From: an uncultured Rikenellaceae bacterium
Lineage (GTDB): Bacteria; Bacteroidota; Bacteroidia; Bacteroidales; VadinHA17
Assembly: GCA_964577305.1 (NCBI GenBank)
Contig: CAZNYS010000005.1
Location: forward strand, 36,193 to 100,192
Length of the DNA stretch: 64,000 bases
Direction of reading: 5' to 3'
Within the stretch, counting starts at the first letter, position 1. Every line of letters starts with the position of its first letter. The translations under genes and the position numbers were made by a program. The notes under the pieces were generated by a model that saw only the letters and a program-made list of their open reading frames with translations, was not told where the DNA came from and did no database searches. This document shows positions 55,437 through 63,705 of this stretch, in pieces.

Positions 55437-55825
55437 GTCACACATCATTAGTAGACAGGTGGCATTCAGCACCCCTTTTCAGTGGTTTTTGTGATATTAT
55501 AGTCGAGATAAACCATCTCAAAAGGGCCTGGAAAATACAGCACCCTTCGACTCTTCGGACCTTCACTCTGTGTAGGTCCTCAGGCTCAGGGACCCCTGGT
55601 CTGTGTAAATATTTTTGTTCCGTGCCAGTTTAAAGTTGCATCGCTGCCAAATAACCTCGTCCCTCTTTTAGATTAACGATTTTAGGTATATTCTTCCACT
55701 CATGCAGGTTAGGTCCACCAGCCAAAGGTCCCTGAGCTAAACGGGTAATAAAGTCAACCCATTGCATAAAGCCATAAAACTACAAGTAGCCAGTCAGAGC
55801 GGTAACTAATAGTCGAAGGGTGAGG
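55437..55825. repeat. Repeat-family copy D: diverged core, IR-bracketed segment inverted relative to copy B, 12-bp long-range stem
   Basis: The core lies at 55470..55552. IR-L is ctcagggacc (55585..55594) and IR-R is ggtccctgag (55727..55736). cacccttcgact (55541..55552) is perfectly complementary to agtcgaagggtg (55811..55822). Confidence 0.8.
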
Positions 55826-55937
55826 CTATTTGAGATAAATAATAATGATTTTTACAATCACTATTAATCCCACAGTTTATTAATGGAGCCATTCGCGTTA
55901 ATTCGTCCTAATCAGCGCTAATTCGTGTAACCTGGAA

Positions 55938-56051
55938 TTACCTCGGCCTCCGGCCTTCGAAAAACTCAGTTACCCAATCGTCATGTTTGTTGTCTTTCTG
56001 GCGGTAGCTGATGAAGATGTCGTAATTGTATCCTTCGATTATACTTGCCAT
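55938..56051 (-). pseudogene. Orphan 5' fragment of a TIR-domain gene (37 codons then stop)
   Basis: Manual translation gives MASIIEGYNYDIFISYRQKDNKHDDWVTEFFEGRRPR*. The intact gene at 55394 begins MASLIPGYEYDIFVSYRQKDNKHDGWVTRFVNN. The fragment's ATG lies 3 nt after the stop of the upstream TPR gene. Confidence 0.7.
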
Positions 56052-56054
56052 TTT

Positions 56055-57965
56055 TTATTCGCTTTTCTGATCGGCAACAGCCTTTTTTGCTGCTTCGAGA
56101 TGAAGGAATGCTTCATGGTTATAAATCGCATTTCCCATTCTTAAGTCCCAGCTCTTTTGCAGAATATCATGAGCTTCCTGGTATTTACCCTGCTTATAAA
56201 GTCCCCAGCCTTTTGTATCCAGGTAGAGATAATTGTCAGGGCTTAATTCCAGAGCCTTTTCAATGAGTTCCAGGCCTTCCTTTATATTCAGGTCATTATC
56301 TATCAGTAAATATGCAAAATCATTTATTATCAATGGATTTTCAGGCTCCAGCGAGAGGGCCTGGTGGTAATATTCTTCCGCTTCATCAAATAGTCCGGCA
56401 TCCCAATATACGCTCCCCAGGTCTGAAGCTATATCTGCATCAGATGCCGAATTTTCTTTAAGGGCAGAAATATATTTCTCAATATATTCATCTGCTGCCC
56501 TGGTTTTTCCTGTGCTCAATGCCAGGATAGTCTGCCTGTTAAGAAGAAGAGGATCACCGGGGAAATCCTTTTCTGCTCTTTTGTATAGTTTCTTTTCTCT
56601 TCTGTACTCTCCGGTTTCATGATATGCTATTCCAAGCTCGGTATAGCTATAAATCCATGGAGGTTTAACGCCTACTTTATCATAAAGTTCAATAGTTTTT
56701 TCAAATTCAGGGATTGCTTTATCATATTGATCTAATTTATTGTAGCAATAACCCAGGATATATTGGTACATCGGTGATTGTTCATCAATCTTAAGTGCCT
56801 GTTTAATGTGCTTGATCTCTTCTTCGGTCGTTTCAAAATAATTGGCATATAACCAATCTGTCATAATCTTCAGACGAATCGGCATCAAATCTCTTTTCCT
56901 GTAAATCCGCAGGCACCACTTTTTTGCCTCTTCATATAATCCCTGGTTTCCATATGAGATTGCAATCCACCCTTCAGCAGCGGTAAAATTTGAGTCTGCT
57001 TCCAATGCTTGCTGGTACCAGTTCCTCGCTGTCGGATAATTCCTTTCGTGGAAAGCTTGATTACCATAAATAAAATACCTGTATGCTCCAGGATTATTTG
57101 AAACGGAATAATTCCTGAATTCAACAGGCAACTCGCTTACTAATTTATTTATTATAAGAAAATCCCTAACCTCTCTTTTAAGGGAATCAATTACCTGAAA
57201 GATCATCTCTTCCCTGGCTTGTCCGTTAATTTCAAAAGATTTAAAAATCTCCTCTGTCTTTGAATCAACTAATTGAGCATTTACACGAATTGTTCCACCT
57301 GCCTGTTTAATAGTGCCGTAAATAAAAATATTTGCTTCAAGTTTCTGTGAGATATTACTGGCTATAGAAGGTGTGATTGAAGCATAATTAACAAGATCTT
57401 TGCCCTGTAGAAGATTGTTTATTGTTTCTGTTTGCCTGACTTTCAATTCTTCAGAGTTTGTTAAAGATGTTATTAATTCATTTTGAATACCCTCCTGCCA
57501 GACATTCCAGGTTGTATCATTAGTCATATTCTGAAATGGCATTACAGCAATCGAAATTTTACCTTTCGACCTGAGTTGCTCCAAATTATCACGCTTGAAT
57601 ATTTTTGGATAGACAAGAATAATTACTGCAATTAGCAAAACAGCTATAATGATGTCACTTACCTTCAGTTTCCTTTGAGCTGGTTTTGAAACTGCTTCTT
57701 TCTCCCTGTTAACCTTCGCCGGCTTTGTTTTCTGGATACCCTTTGGTGTGACATCAAATATCCAGCTGAAGATTACTGCAAACGGAAATCCAATTATCAG
57801 CAACACAATAATCATAGTTGGAGTCCAGTCGGGCAGATTCAACGGCTCAACAATGTTGTTACTGAGCTCAATGATCACATAGGCAGCTGCCGCGTACATT
57901 GCTATTACACGGAAGACTTTTCGCCTTTTCAGTTCCTGCCAGAAGTTATGAGGTTTTTCAGGCAT
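56055..57965 (-). CDS. Transmembrane TolB-N-like + TPR repeat protein (paralog of the TIR protein's sensor half, no TIR)
   Basis: N-terminal FWQELKRRKVFRVIAMYAAAAYVIIE membrane module; ISIAVMPFQNMTNDTTWNVWQEG; TPR repeats to the C-terminus. Confidence 0.75.
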   Translation of the reverse strand: MPEKPHNFWQELKRRKVFRVIAMYAAAAYVIIELSNNIVEPLNLPDWTPTMIIVLLIIGFPFAVIFSWIFDVTPKGIQKTKPAKVNREKEAVSKPAQRKLKVSDIIIAVLLIAVIILVYPKIFKRDNLEQLRSKGKISIAVMPFQNMTNDTTWNVWQEGIQNELITSLTNSEELKVRQTETINNLLQGKDLVNYASITPSIASNISQKLEANIFIYGTIKQAGGTIRVNAQLVDSKTEEIFKSFEINGQAREEMIFQVIDSLKREVRDFLIINKLVSELPVEFRNYSVSNNPGAYRYFIYGNQAFHERNYPTARNWYQQALEADSNFTAAEGWIAISYGNQGLYEEAKKWCLRIYRKRDLMPIRLKIMTDWLYANYFETTEEEIKHIKQALKIDEQSPMYQYILGYCYNKLDQYDKAIPEFEKTIELYDKVGVKPPWIYSYTELGIAYHETGEYRREKKLYKRAEKDFPGDPLLLNRQTILALSTGKTRAADEYIEKYISALKENSASDADIASDLGSVYWDAGLFDEAEEYYHQALSLEPENPLIINDFAYLLIDNDLNIKEGLELIEKALELSPDNYLYLDTKGWGLYKQGKYQEAHDILQKSWDLRMGNAIYNHEAFLHLEAAKKAVADQKSE

Positions 57966-58023
57966 TTTATGTTGGATTGGATATGTAAATATAAATCAAG
58001 CAATTATCAAAGTCAAATAAAAA

Positions 58024-58090
58024 GCCACCCATCAATTAAGACAGGTGGCATTCAGCCCCCCTTTTCAGTGGTTTTTGTGATATTATATCA
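58024..58090. repeat. Repeat-family copy E (shortest: hairpin + first ~25 nt of core)
   Basis: gccacccatcaattaagacaggtggcattcagccccccttttcagtggtttttgtgatattat shares the hairpin and the 5' core with copies C and D. Confidence 0.7.
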
Positions 58091-58210
58091 TAAGAGGAAC
58101 CCTTACATGGAACTAAGTATAATGTCCACCTGTCCAATACCTATAGTAAACGGACGGACGGACAACTGAGACTTGTATATCCTCTATCCATGATAGCAGG
58201 ATTTTAGTAA

Positions 58211-58239
58211 ATAAAAATCACCTGTCAGGTTACAGGTGA
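58211..58239 (-). terminator. Intrinsic terminator after the TPR gene fragment
   Basis: Minus strand: tcacctgt aacctg acaggtga followed by tttttattt. Confidence 0.65.
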
Positions 58240-58271
58240 CTCTTGTATTTAAAATATGTTAGTTGTTGCAT

Positions 58272-58724
58272 TTAATGTTCGCTTTTGGGGTTAGCAACAG
58301 CCTTTTTTGCTTCTTCTAGGTGGAGATCTAATTCGTAGAAATATATAGGTTTTAAAGAATCAGCTTTCACAAGGAATTTAAGTGCTTCTATATATTTGCC
58401 CTGCTTGAATAATCCCCAGCCTTTGGTGTCAAGATAAATGTAATTATCAGGTTGGCTTTCAAGAGCCCTATTTATAAGCTCCATTCCTTCATCGATATTC
58501 CTTTCATTATCGATCAGGAAATAAGCCAGTCTACTATACCTGCCTGGCTTTTCAGGTTCTAATGTGAGAGCTTTACGATAATATTCCTCTGCTTTATCAA
58601 GATTACCTGCCTCAGAATAAATTCTTGCAAGGTTTGACGCAATGTTGGCCTCAGGTATAGAATTTTCTATTTGGATAGATTTATATTTTTCAATATATTC
58701 ATTTTTACCTCCTGTTTTACACAA
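58272..58724 (-). pseudogene. 5'-truncated TPR paralog (matches only the C-terminal ~140 aa of 56055..57965)
   Basis: EYIEKY...AEEYYRKALTLEPE...DNYIYLDTKGWGLFKQGKY...LEEAKKAVANPKSE is colinear with EYIEKY...AEEYYHQALSLEPE...DNYLYLDTKGWGLYKQGKY...LEAAKKAVADQKSE. There is no membrane or N-terminal part. Confidence 0.65.
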
Positions 58725-58888
58725 TCAAAAATACTTAAAAGTGTCTAAGAGGGTCTGACGTGTCTACAAAGTAGATGAATTTAAGCAGATTTAAATATAT
58801 AATTATTTATTTTTAAATTATAAGCAGGGAAAAAGCTAATCAGTTCATCTCCTGCTCAACCTGAGGTTCATAATTCCTTTCCCCCCTG

Positions 58889-59869
58889 TCAGAGCCTGAA
58901 GAGTTGTTCAGCATTTTTCCCAAGGATTCCTTCTTTCTGTTTATCCGGGATATCTAACTGATTAATACTTGATATCATCTTACTAATGCTGCCGATCTGG
59001 TGCGGATAATCGCTACCTGCAAGAAGATGATCAGCGCCTGCAAAATCAAGAGCCAGTTTAAGAGCATTCAGATCAAAATTAACGGTATCGTAATAGAAAT
59101 CCTTAAGGTATTCGCTGGGGGGTCTGTTAATATTTTTTCTGTTTTGGGGGAATGCTTCGTACCCTCTGTCAAACCGTTCAGCCAGGTATGGAACTGCTCC
59201 TCCCAGGTGGCCTAATACCCATTTTATTCTGGGGAATCTTTCCGTCACCCCGCTGAAAACCAGATGGGCTGCAGCAAGTGTGGTATCGGCAAGGAATCCA
59301 ACCAGTGGCATTAACATGAATTCTTCCATCACCTCCACGCCAATTGGAAAAGTCGGATGAATAAAGAACACAACTTCAAGTTCATTTGCCTTTTCATACA
59401 TTGTCCAGAACCTTCTGTCACTCAGGGAAACTCCATTTGCATTGCTGTATAATGCCACTCCTTTCAGTTTCAATTCAGAAATCACACGTTTGAGTTCAGT
59501 CACACATGAACCGGGGTCATTTAATGGGAGTGTGCCCATACAGGGAAAGTAATCGCCATGATCATCCTGGATGCTGGCAAGATTATCATTCACCAACCTG
59601 CTCAATTCAGCGGATCGTTTCGATGATTCAATAAGGGTGCCGGGGCATGTGAAGGATATTAATTGTTTGTTGACTTTCATTTTATCAAGAACCGTTTTCC
59701 TGACATCGATTGATCTGTGGCCCGGTACGAGAATATTATAATCCCCTGGTGAATGTAACACCGGATTATTATCAGCATCGTAAGTTACCCTGTATGCACT
59801 GGGACCGGCTTTAATCGCTTCGACATACTCCATCGGGTAGAAGTGATTATGAATATCAATAATTGGCAT
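58889..59869 (-). CDS. Amidohydrolase_2 / ACMSD-family metal-dependent hydrolase or decarboxylase
   Basis: IDIHNHF, FIHP, GHLGG and GSDYPH metal-ligand pattern; 326 aa. Confidence 0.75.
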   Translation of the reverse strand: MPIIDIHNHFYPMEYVEAIKAGPSAYRVTYDADNNPVLHSPGDYNILVPGHRSIDVRKTVLDKMKVNKQLISFTCPGTLIESSKRSAELSRLVNDNLASIQDDHGDYFPCMGTLPLNDPGSCVTELKRVISELKLKGVALYSNANGVSLSDRRFWTMYEKANELEVVFFIHPTFPIGVEVMEEFMLMPLVGFLADTTLAAAHLVFSGVTERFPRIKWVLGHLGGAVPYLAERFDRGYEAFPQNRKNINRPPSEYLKDFYYDTVNFDLNALKLALDFAGADHLLAGSDYPHQIGSISKMISSINQLDIPDKQKEGILGKNAEQLFRL

Positions 59870-61220
59870 TATCTCGGTTTTTTAAAGTTTGTATTTTTAA
59901 CCATATATAATAGACCGGTATACCTGCGAGCACCAGCAGAAGGCCTGAAATGCTATCTTTAGGTTCTAAAAGTATCTGGTTTATGACAATTATAAAAGAA
60001 AACAATGAGAATAGTAACGGAATCACTTTATTCCCTTTTACCTTAAATCCAGGGTTTATCCCTGGCCTCTTTCTTATTATGATCAGTCCGATTGCCATGA
60101 ACCCGAAAAATAACCATTCAGTATAAACCACCCTTGTAAAAAGCTCCCTGTAAGTGCCGGTAAGAATAAGTATTGAGGCCCATAAGGCCTGAAGGATAAT
60201 TGCCCTGAAAGGGGTCTTAAAGCGGTGATGAATTGATCCCATCCATTTGAATAACAGGCCGTCCCTTGTCATGGCATAATAGACTCTCGGGCCGGCAAGA
60301 ATTACACCATTTACTGCACTGAAGGTTGAAAGGATAACCAGGCCCGCCATCAATCCCCCTCCGCTAAATCCGAATATTACCTCAGCTGCATCAGCTGCAA
60401 TCCTTGTTGAGGAGGCAACTTTTTCCACTGGCAACAAATACATGTATAAAGTATTCATGGCAATATAGCAGGCTGTAACTATTAAGGTTCCTATAATCAA
60501 CGCCCTTGGGATTGTTTTTTGGGGTTCCCTGGTTTCACCTGAACTATAGGTTACCATATGCCATCCACCGAATGCAAATAAACCTGCTATCATAGCACCG
60601 AGGAAATTCTTTAAACTAATTCTTTCGGTCAGGATATCAGGTCCAGCGAAATGTTCCGGCACTTGCGAGCCGAATGCAAATCCGATGATGATCAATAACA
60701 AAATTGAGGATATCTTTAATATTGTAGAAAAATACTGAAGGGCACTTCCCTGCCTGACACCTAAGAAATTAACTGCCGATAGCATCCATATACATACTAT
60801 TGCCACAAATTTGATTTCCATATCATTTATAGGAAAGAAATAAGCAACATAGCGGGCGAATATTACTGCAATAGCAGCTATTATTCCGGTATGCATTATC
60901 CAGAACATTGCCCATCCCCACAGAAAGCCAAGCAAAGGAGAGAAAGCCTCCTTCAGATATACATAAACTCCACCAGACTCCTTAAATAGGGTGGCAAATT
61001 CAGCACATATCAGCGCCCCGAAAAGTGTTAATATCCCGGCAGCAGACCAGACGATTATTACCCCAGGAACTGAAGGAACCAAGCCTGTAACAGAAGATGG
61101 TTGTACAAAGATGGAAGAACCGATAATTATACCAACTACCAGTGCAATTGCCTGAGGAAGGCCGATCGCCCTGCGTAATTCAATGGAATTGTTCTTGCTC
61201 ATAAACGCCAACAGGATCAT
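59856..61220 (-). CDS. APC-superfamily amino acid permease
   Basis: About 12 TM helices; N-terminal GIIIGSSIF-type motif. Overlaps the downstream amidohydrolase by 14 nt. Confidence 0.75.
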   Translation of the reverse strand: MILLAFMSKNNSIELRRAIGLPQAIALVVGIIIGSSIFVQPSSVTGLVPSVPGVIIVWSAAGILTLFGALICAEFATLFKESGGVYVYLKEAFSPLLGFLWGWAMFWIMHTGIIAAIAVIFARYVAYFFPINDMEIKFVAIVCIWMLSAVNFLGVRQGSALQYFSTILKISSILLLIIIGFAFGSQVPEHFAGPDILTERISLKNFLGAMIAGLFAFGGWHMVTYSSGETREPQKTIPRALIIGTLIVTACYIAMNTLYMYLLPVEKVASSTRIAADAAEVIFGFSGGGLMAGLVILSTFSAVNGVILAGPRVYYAMTRDGLLFKWMGSIHHRFKTPFRAIILQALWASILILTGTYRELFTRVVYTEWLFFGFMAIGLIIIRKRPGINPGFKVKGNKVIPLLFSLFSFIIVINQILLEPKDSISGLLLVLAGIPVYYIWLKIQTLKNRDNANY

Positions 61221-61477
61221 TTGATTAATTGAATCCGAAAATAATAATTCTCAGGTCAATTTAAAGTTTATATAGCTAATTAATGAAATATTGATTTGAT
61301 CCCTGTTATCTGGAAAGACAAATTATTTATGACACATCTTGAATTAGAAGTATGTATTAAAACTTCCATACTGTATCTAAACCTTTTACCAATCCAAGTC
61401 AGAATAGTCTGAAGACTTACACTCAATATGTTTCGGGGAAATTTGGGGAAAAAATTCAATATATTTCCTGTGGCAGT

Positions 61478-61507
61478 TTTGTTTTTTTAAATATATTCTT
61501 ACTTTTG
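61478..61507 (+). promoter_or_regulatory. Candidate Bacteroidota promoter for the trp leader (-33 TTTG, -7 TAnnTTTG)
   Basis: TTTG at 61478..61481 and TACTTTTG at 61500..61507, with 18 nt between them and 24 nt before the leader ATG. Confidence 0.45.
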
Positions 61508-61530
61508 CTCTGTCAAACAACAAGGATATT

Positions 61531-61584
61531 ATGATATCAATGAATATGAACTGGTGGCTTTCCTGTTTTACGAACAAGTCGTGA
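61531..61584 (+). promoter_or_regulatory. Trp leader peptide ORF with tandem Trp codons (Bacteroid-trp-type attenuator)
   Basis: atg ata tca atg aat atg aac TGG TGG ctt tcc tgt ttt acg aac aag tcg tga = MISMNMNWWLSCFTNKS*. Confidence 0.75.
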
Positions 61585-61610
61585 AGTAGGGAAGTATACC
61601 TTTTTATATA

Positions 61611-61650
61611 ACATGAGGCCTCTCGTTTTCACGGGGGGCCTCATGTTTTT
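61611..61650 (+). terminator. Attenuator terminator upstream of trpE
   Basis: acatgaggcc (61611..61620) pairs with ggcctcatgt (61637..61646), followed by tttt. It lies 30 nt before the trpE ATG. Confidence 0.75.
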
Positions 61651-61679
61651 ACAGGCATTTATAATAAAATAATTGTGAT

Positions 61680-63065
61680 ATGTACACTATCAGAACAAAT
61701 TATGCAGGCCAGATGGCCGATACCCTGACCCCGGTAAGTATCTACCTTAAACTGAGGGATATCTACCCGGGATCAGTCCTGCTGGAGAGCACCGATTTTC
61801 ATCACCTGGAGAACTGTTTCTCATACATTGGCCTTGATCCCGTTGCAGGTATTTCGGTAAATGGATTTGATGTAAAAATGAAATGGGGAAGGAAAAGGGA
61901 AAATATTACGGCCAGGGCAAAAAATGAAATTCCTGGATTTATAGATAAATTCTTCAGAGGTTTCATGTTTGAAGGTGACACCAGCTCCTTTAACAGTTTC
62001 TTCGGTTACCTGGGATACGGAGCACTCACATATTTTGAGACCCTGGACCTTAAGAAGAGGATCGAAAATGAATATCCTGACCTGAGGTTTGATCTTCACA
62101 GGTTTGTCATTGCATTTAACCATATGAATGACGAGATAACCATCATTGAAAACCAGCCAGGGGGTGAGGAGAGCGGACTGGAAAAACTGATGGTGAATTT
62201 AAGGGATAAGCGATTGGGTCAGTACCGGTTCTCATCATACGGGGAGGTGGAATCTAATATGTCCGACCAGCAATACATGGACCTGGTAAGCAAGGCGAAA
62301 GACCATTGTAGGAGGGGGGATGTGTTCCAGCTGGTTCTCTCGAGGAGTTTCAGAAGGAGGTTCTGGGGTGATGAGTTCAATGTATACAGGTGCCTCAGGT
62401 CACTTAATCCCTCCCCGTATCTGTTCTATTTTGACTATGGCAGCTTCAGGATATTTGGCTCATCACCAGAGTCACAGATAATTATTAAAGATGGTATTGC
62501 CAGTATTAATCCTATTGCAGGAACATTCGGCAGAACCGGTGATGATGAAAAGGATAAGGAGCTATCAGTACGTCTTTCCGAGGATCCGAAAGAAAATGCT
62601 GAGCATGTAATGCTTGTCGACCTGGCAAGGAATGACCTGAGCCGGAGCTCGAGTGAGGTAAAGGTCGAATCCTTCAGGGAAATACATTTCTATTCACATG
62701 TGATACATATAGTGTCAAAGGTTACAGGCAAGATTGATCCCGGTGTAAGCGACCTCAAGGTAATAGGTGATACTTTCCCGGCAGGGACTCTCTCCGGAGC
62801 GCCAAAATTCAGGGCGATGGAGCTGATTGACAATTATGAGCCGACAGCCAGGGGTTTCTACGGGGGTTGCATAGGTATGATAGGAGTTGCCGGGGGAGCT
62901 AACCTCGCTATAACGATCCGGTCATTCATGAGCAGGAACAATGTTCTTTATTACCAGGCAGGTGCCGGGATCGTGGAACGATCCGAAGAAAAAAAAGAGC
63001 TTGAGGAAGTATATAATAAGCTTGCTGCACTGGAAAAGGCTGTTGATAAAGCAACCGATATATAG
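61680..63065 (+). CDS. trpE: Anthranilate synthase component I
   Basis: 461 aa; chorismate-binding motifs (LSRSF, NPSPY, GAGIV); followed by trpG. Confidence 0.9.
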   Translation: MYTIRTNYAGQMADTLTPVSIYLKLRDIYPGSVLLESTDFHHLENCFSYIGLDPVAGISVNGFDVKMKWGRKRENITARAKNEIPGFIDKFFRGFMFEGDTSSFNSFFGYLGYGALTYFETLDLKKRIENEYPDLRFDLHRFVIAFNHMNDEITIIENQPGGEESGLEKLMVNLRDKRLGQYRFSSYGEVESNMSDQQYMDLVSKAKDHCRRGDVFQLVLSRSFRRRFWGDEFNVYRCLRSLNPSPYLFYFDYGSFRIFGSSPESQIIIKDGIASINPIAGTFGRTGDDEKDKELSVRLSEDPKENAEHVMLVDLARNDLSRSSSEVKVESFREIHFYSHVIHIVSKVTGKIDPGVSDLKVIGDTFPAGTLSGAPKFRAMELIDNYEPTARGFYGGCIGMIGVAGGANLAITIRSFMSRNNVLYYQAGAGIVERSEEKKELEEVYNKLAALEKAVDKATDI

Positions 63066-63073
63066 GCAGAAAA

Positions 63074-63670
63074 ATGAAGATAATAGTAATTGATAACTAC
63101 GATTCATTCACCTTCAACCTTGTTCAAATGGCACAAAAGATCTCTGGGAGCAAGGTGGATGTGGTGAGAAATGACAGAGTCACGCAGGGTATGATCGACA
63201 GGTACGATAGCATTATACTCTCTCCCGGCCCGGGAATACCCTCCGAAGCAGGAGATCTACTAAAAATAATAGAGGATTATGCAGGAAAGAAAGAAATTTT
63301 TGGGGTATGCCTTGGCATGCAGGCTATCGGTGAAGTGTTCGGAGCCACTCTTGAAAACCTGGAATCGGTTTTTCATGGTGTGGCAACCGATATTCTCGTC
63401 TCGGAACCTGTCGATTATATATTCAGGGATATCCCTCCAAGGTTTAAAGGTGGCAGGTATCACTCCTGGGTGGTCTCAGGAAATGATATCCCCGGATGCC
63501 TGTCGATAACTTCATCGGATGAAGAAGGAAGGATAATGTCATTGTCTCATAAGGAAATGAATGTCAGGGGTGTACAGTTTCATCCCGAATCTGTTCTGAC
63601 GCCTTTTGGTACGAAAATCCTGTCAAACTGGATCTCAGCAACCTCCAGTGATAGGAGTGGCTGGAGTTGA
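63074..63670 (+). CDS. trpG: Anthranilate synthase component II (glutamine amidotransferase)
   Basis: IFGVCLGMQAI (catalytic Cys) and VQFHPES (His/Glu); 198 aa. Confidence 0.9.
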   Translation: MKIIVIDNYDSFTFNLVQMAQKISGSKVDVVRNDRVTQGMIDRYDSIILSPGPGIPSEAGDLLKIIEDYAGKKEIFGVCLGMQAIGEVFGATLENLESVFHGVATDILVSEPVDYIFRDIPPRFKGGRYHSWVVSGNDIPGCLSITSSDEEGRIMSLSHKEMNVRGVQFHPESVLTPFGTKILSNWISATSSDRSGWS

Positions 63671-63705
63671 ATCAACACTTATAATGATATTAAACTATTA
63701 AAAAT

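Noticed and set aside
55610-55617. Calling TATTTTTG a proven invertible promoter
   Set aside because: It is only a single -7-like octamer, with no clear -33 TTTG and no conservation in copy B. It is reported as a hypothesis within the inversion finding, not as a feature.
52674-58271. Integron-like cassette array (co-oriented genes separated by a conserved repeat, resembling attC sites)
   Set aside because: The conserved core is not an imperfect palindrome with R''-L''/L'-R' boxes. No GTTRRRY core sites are evident at the boundaries. No intI is present. The genes appear to have their own AT-rich promoter regions.
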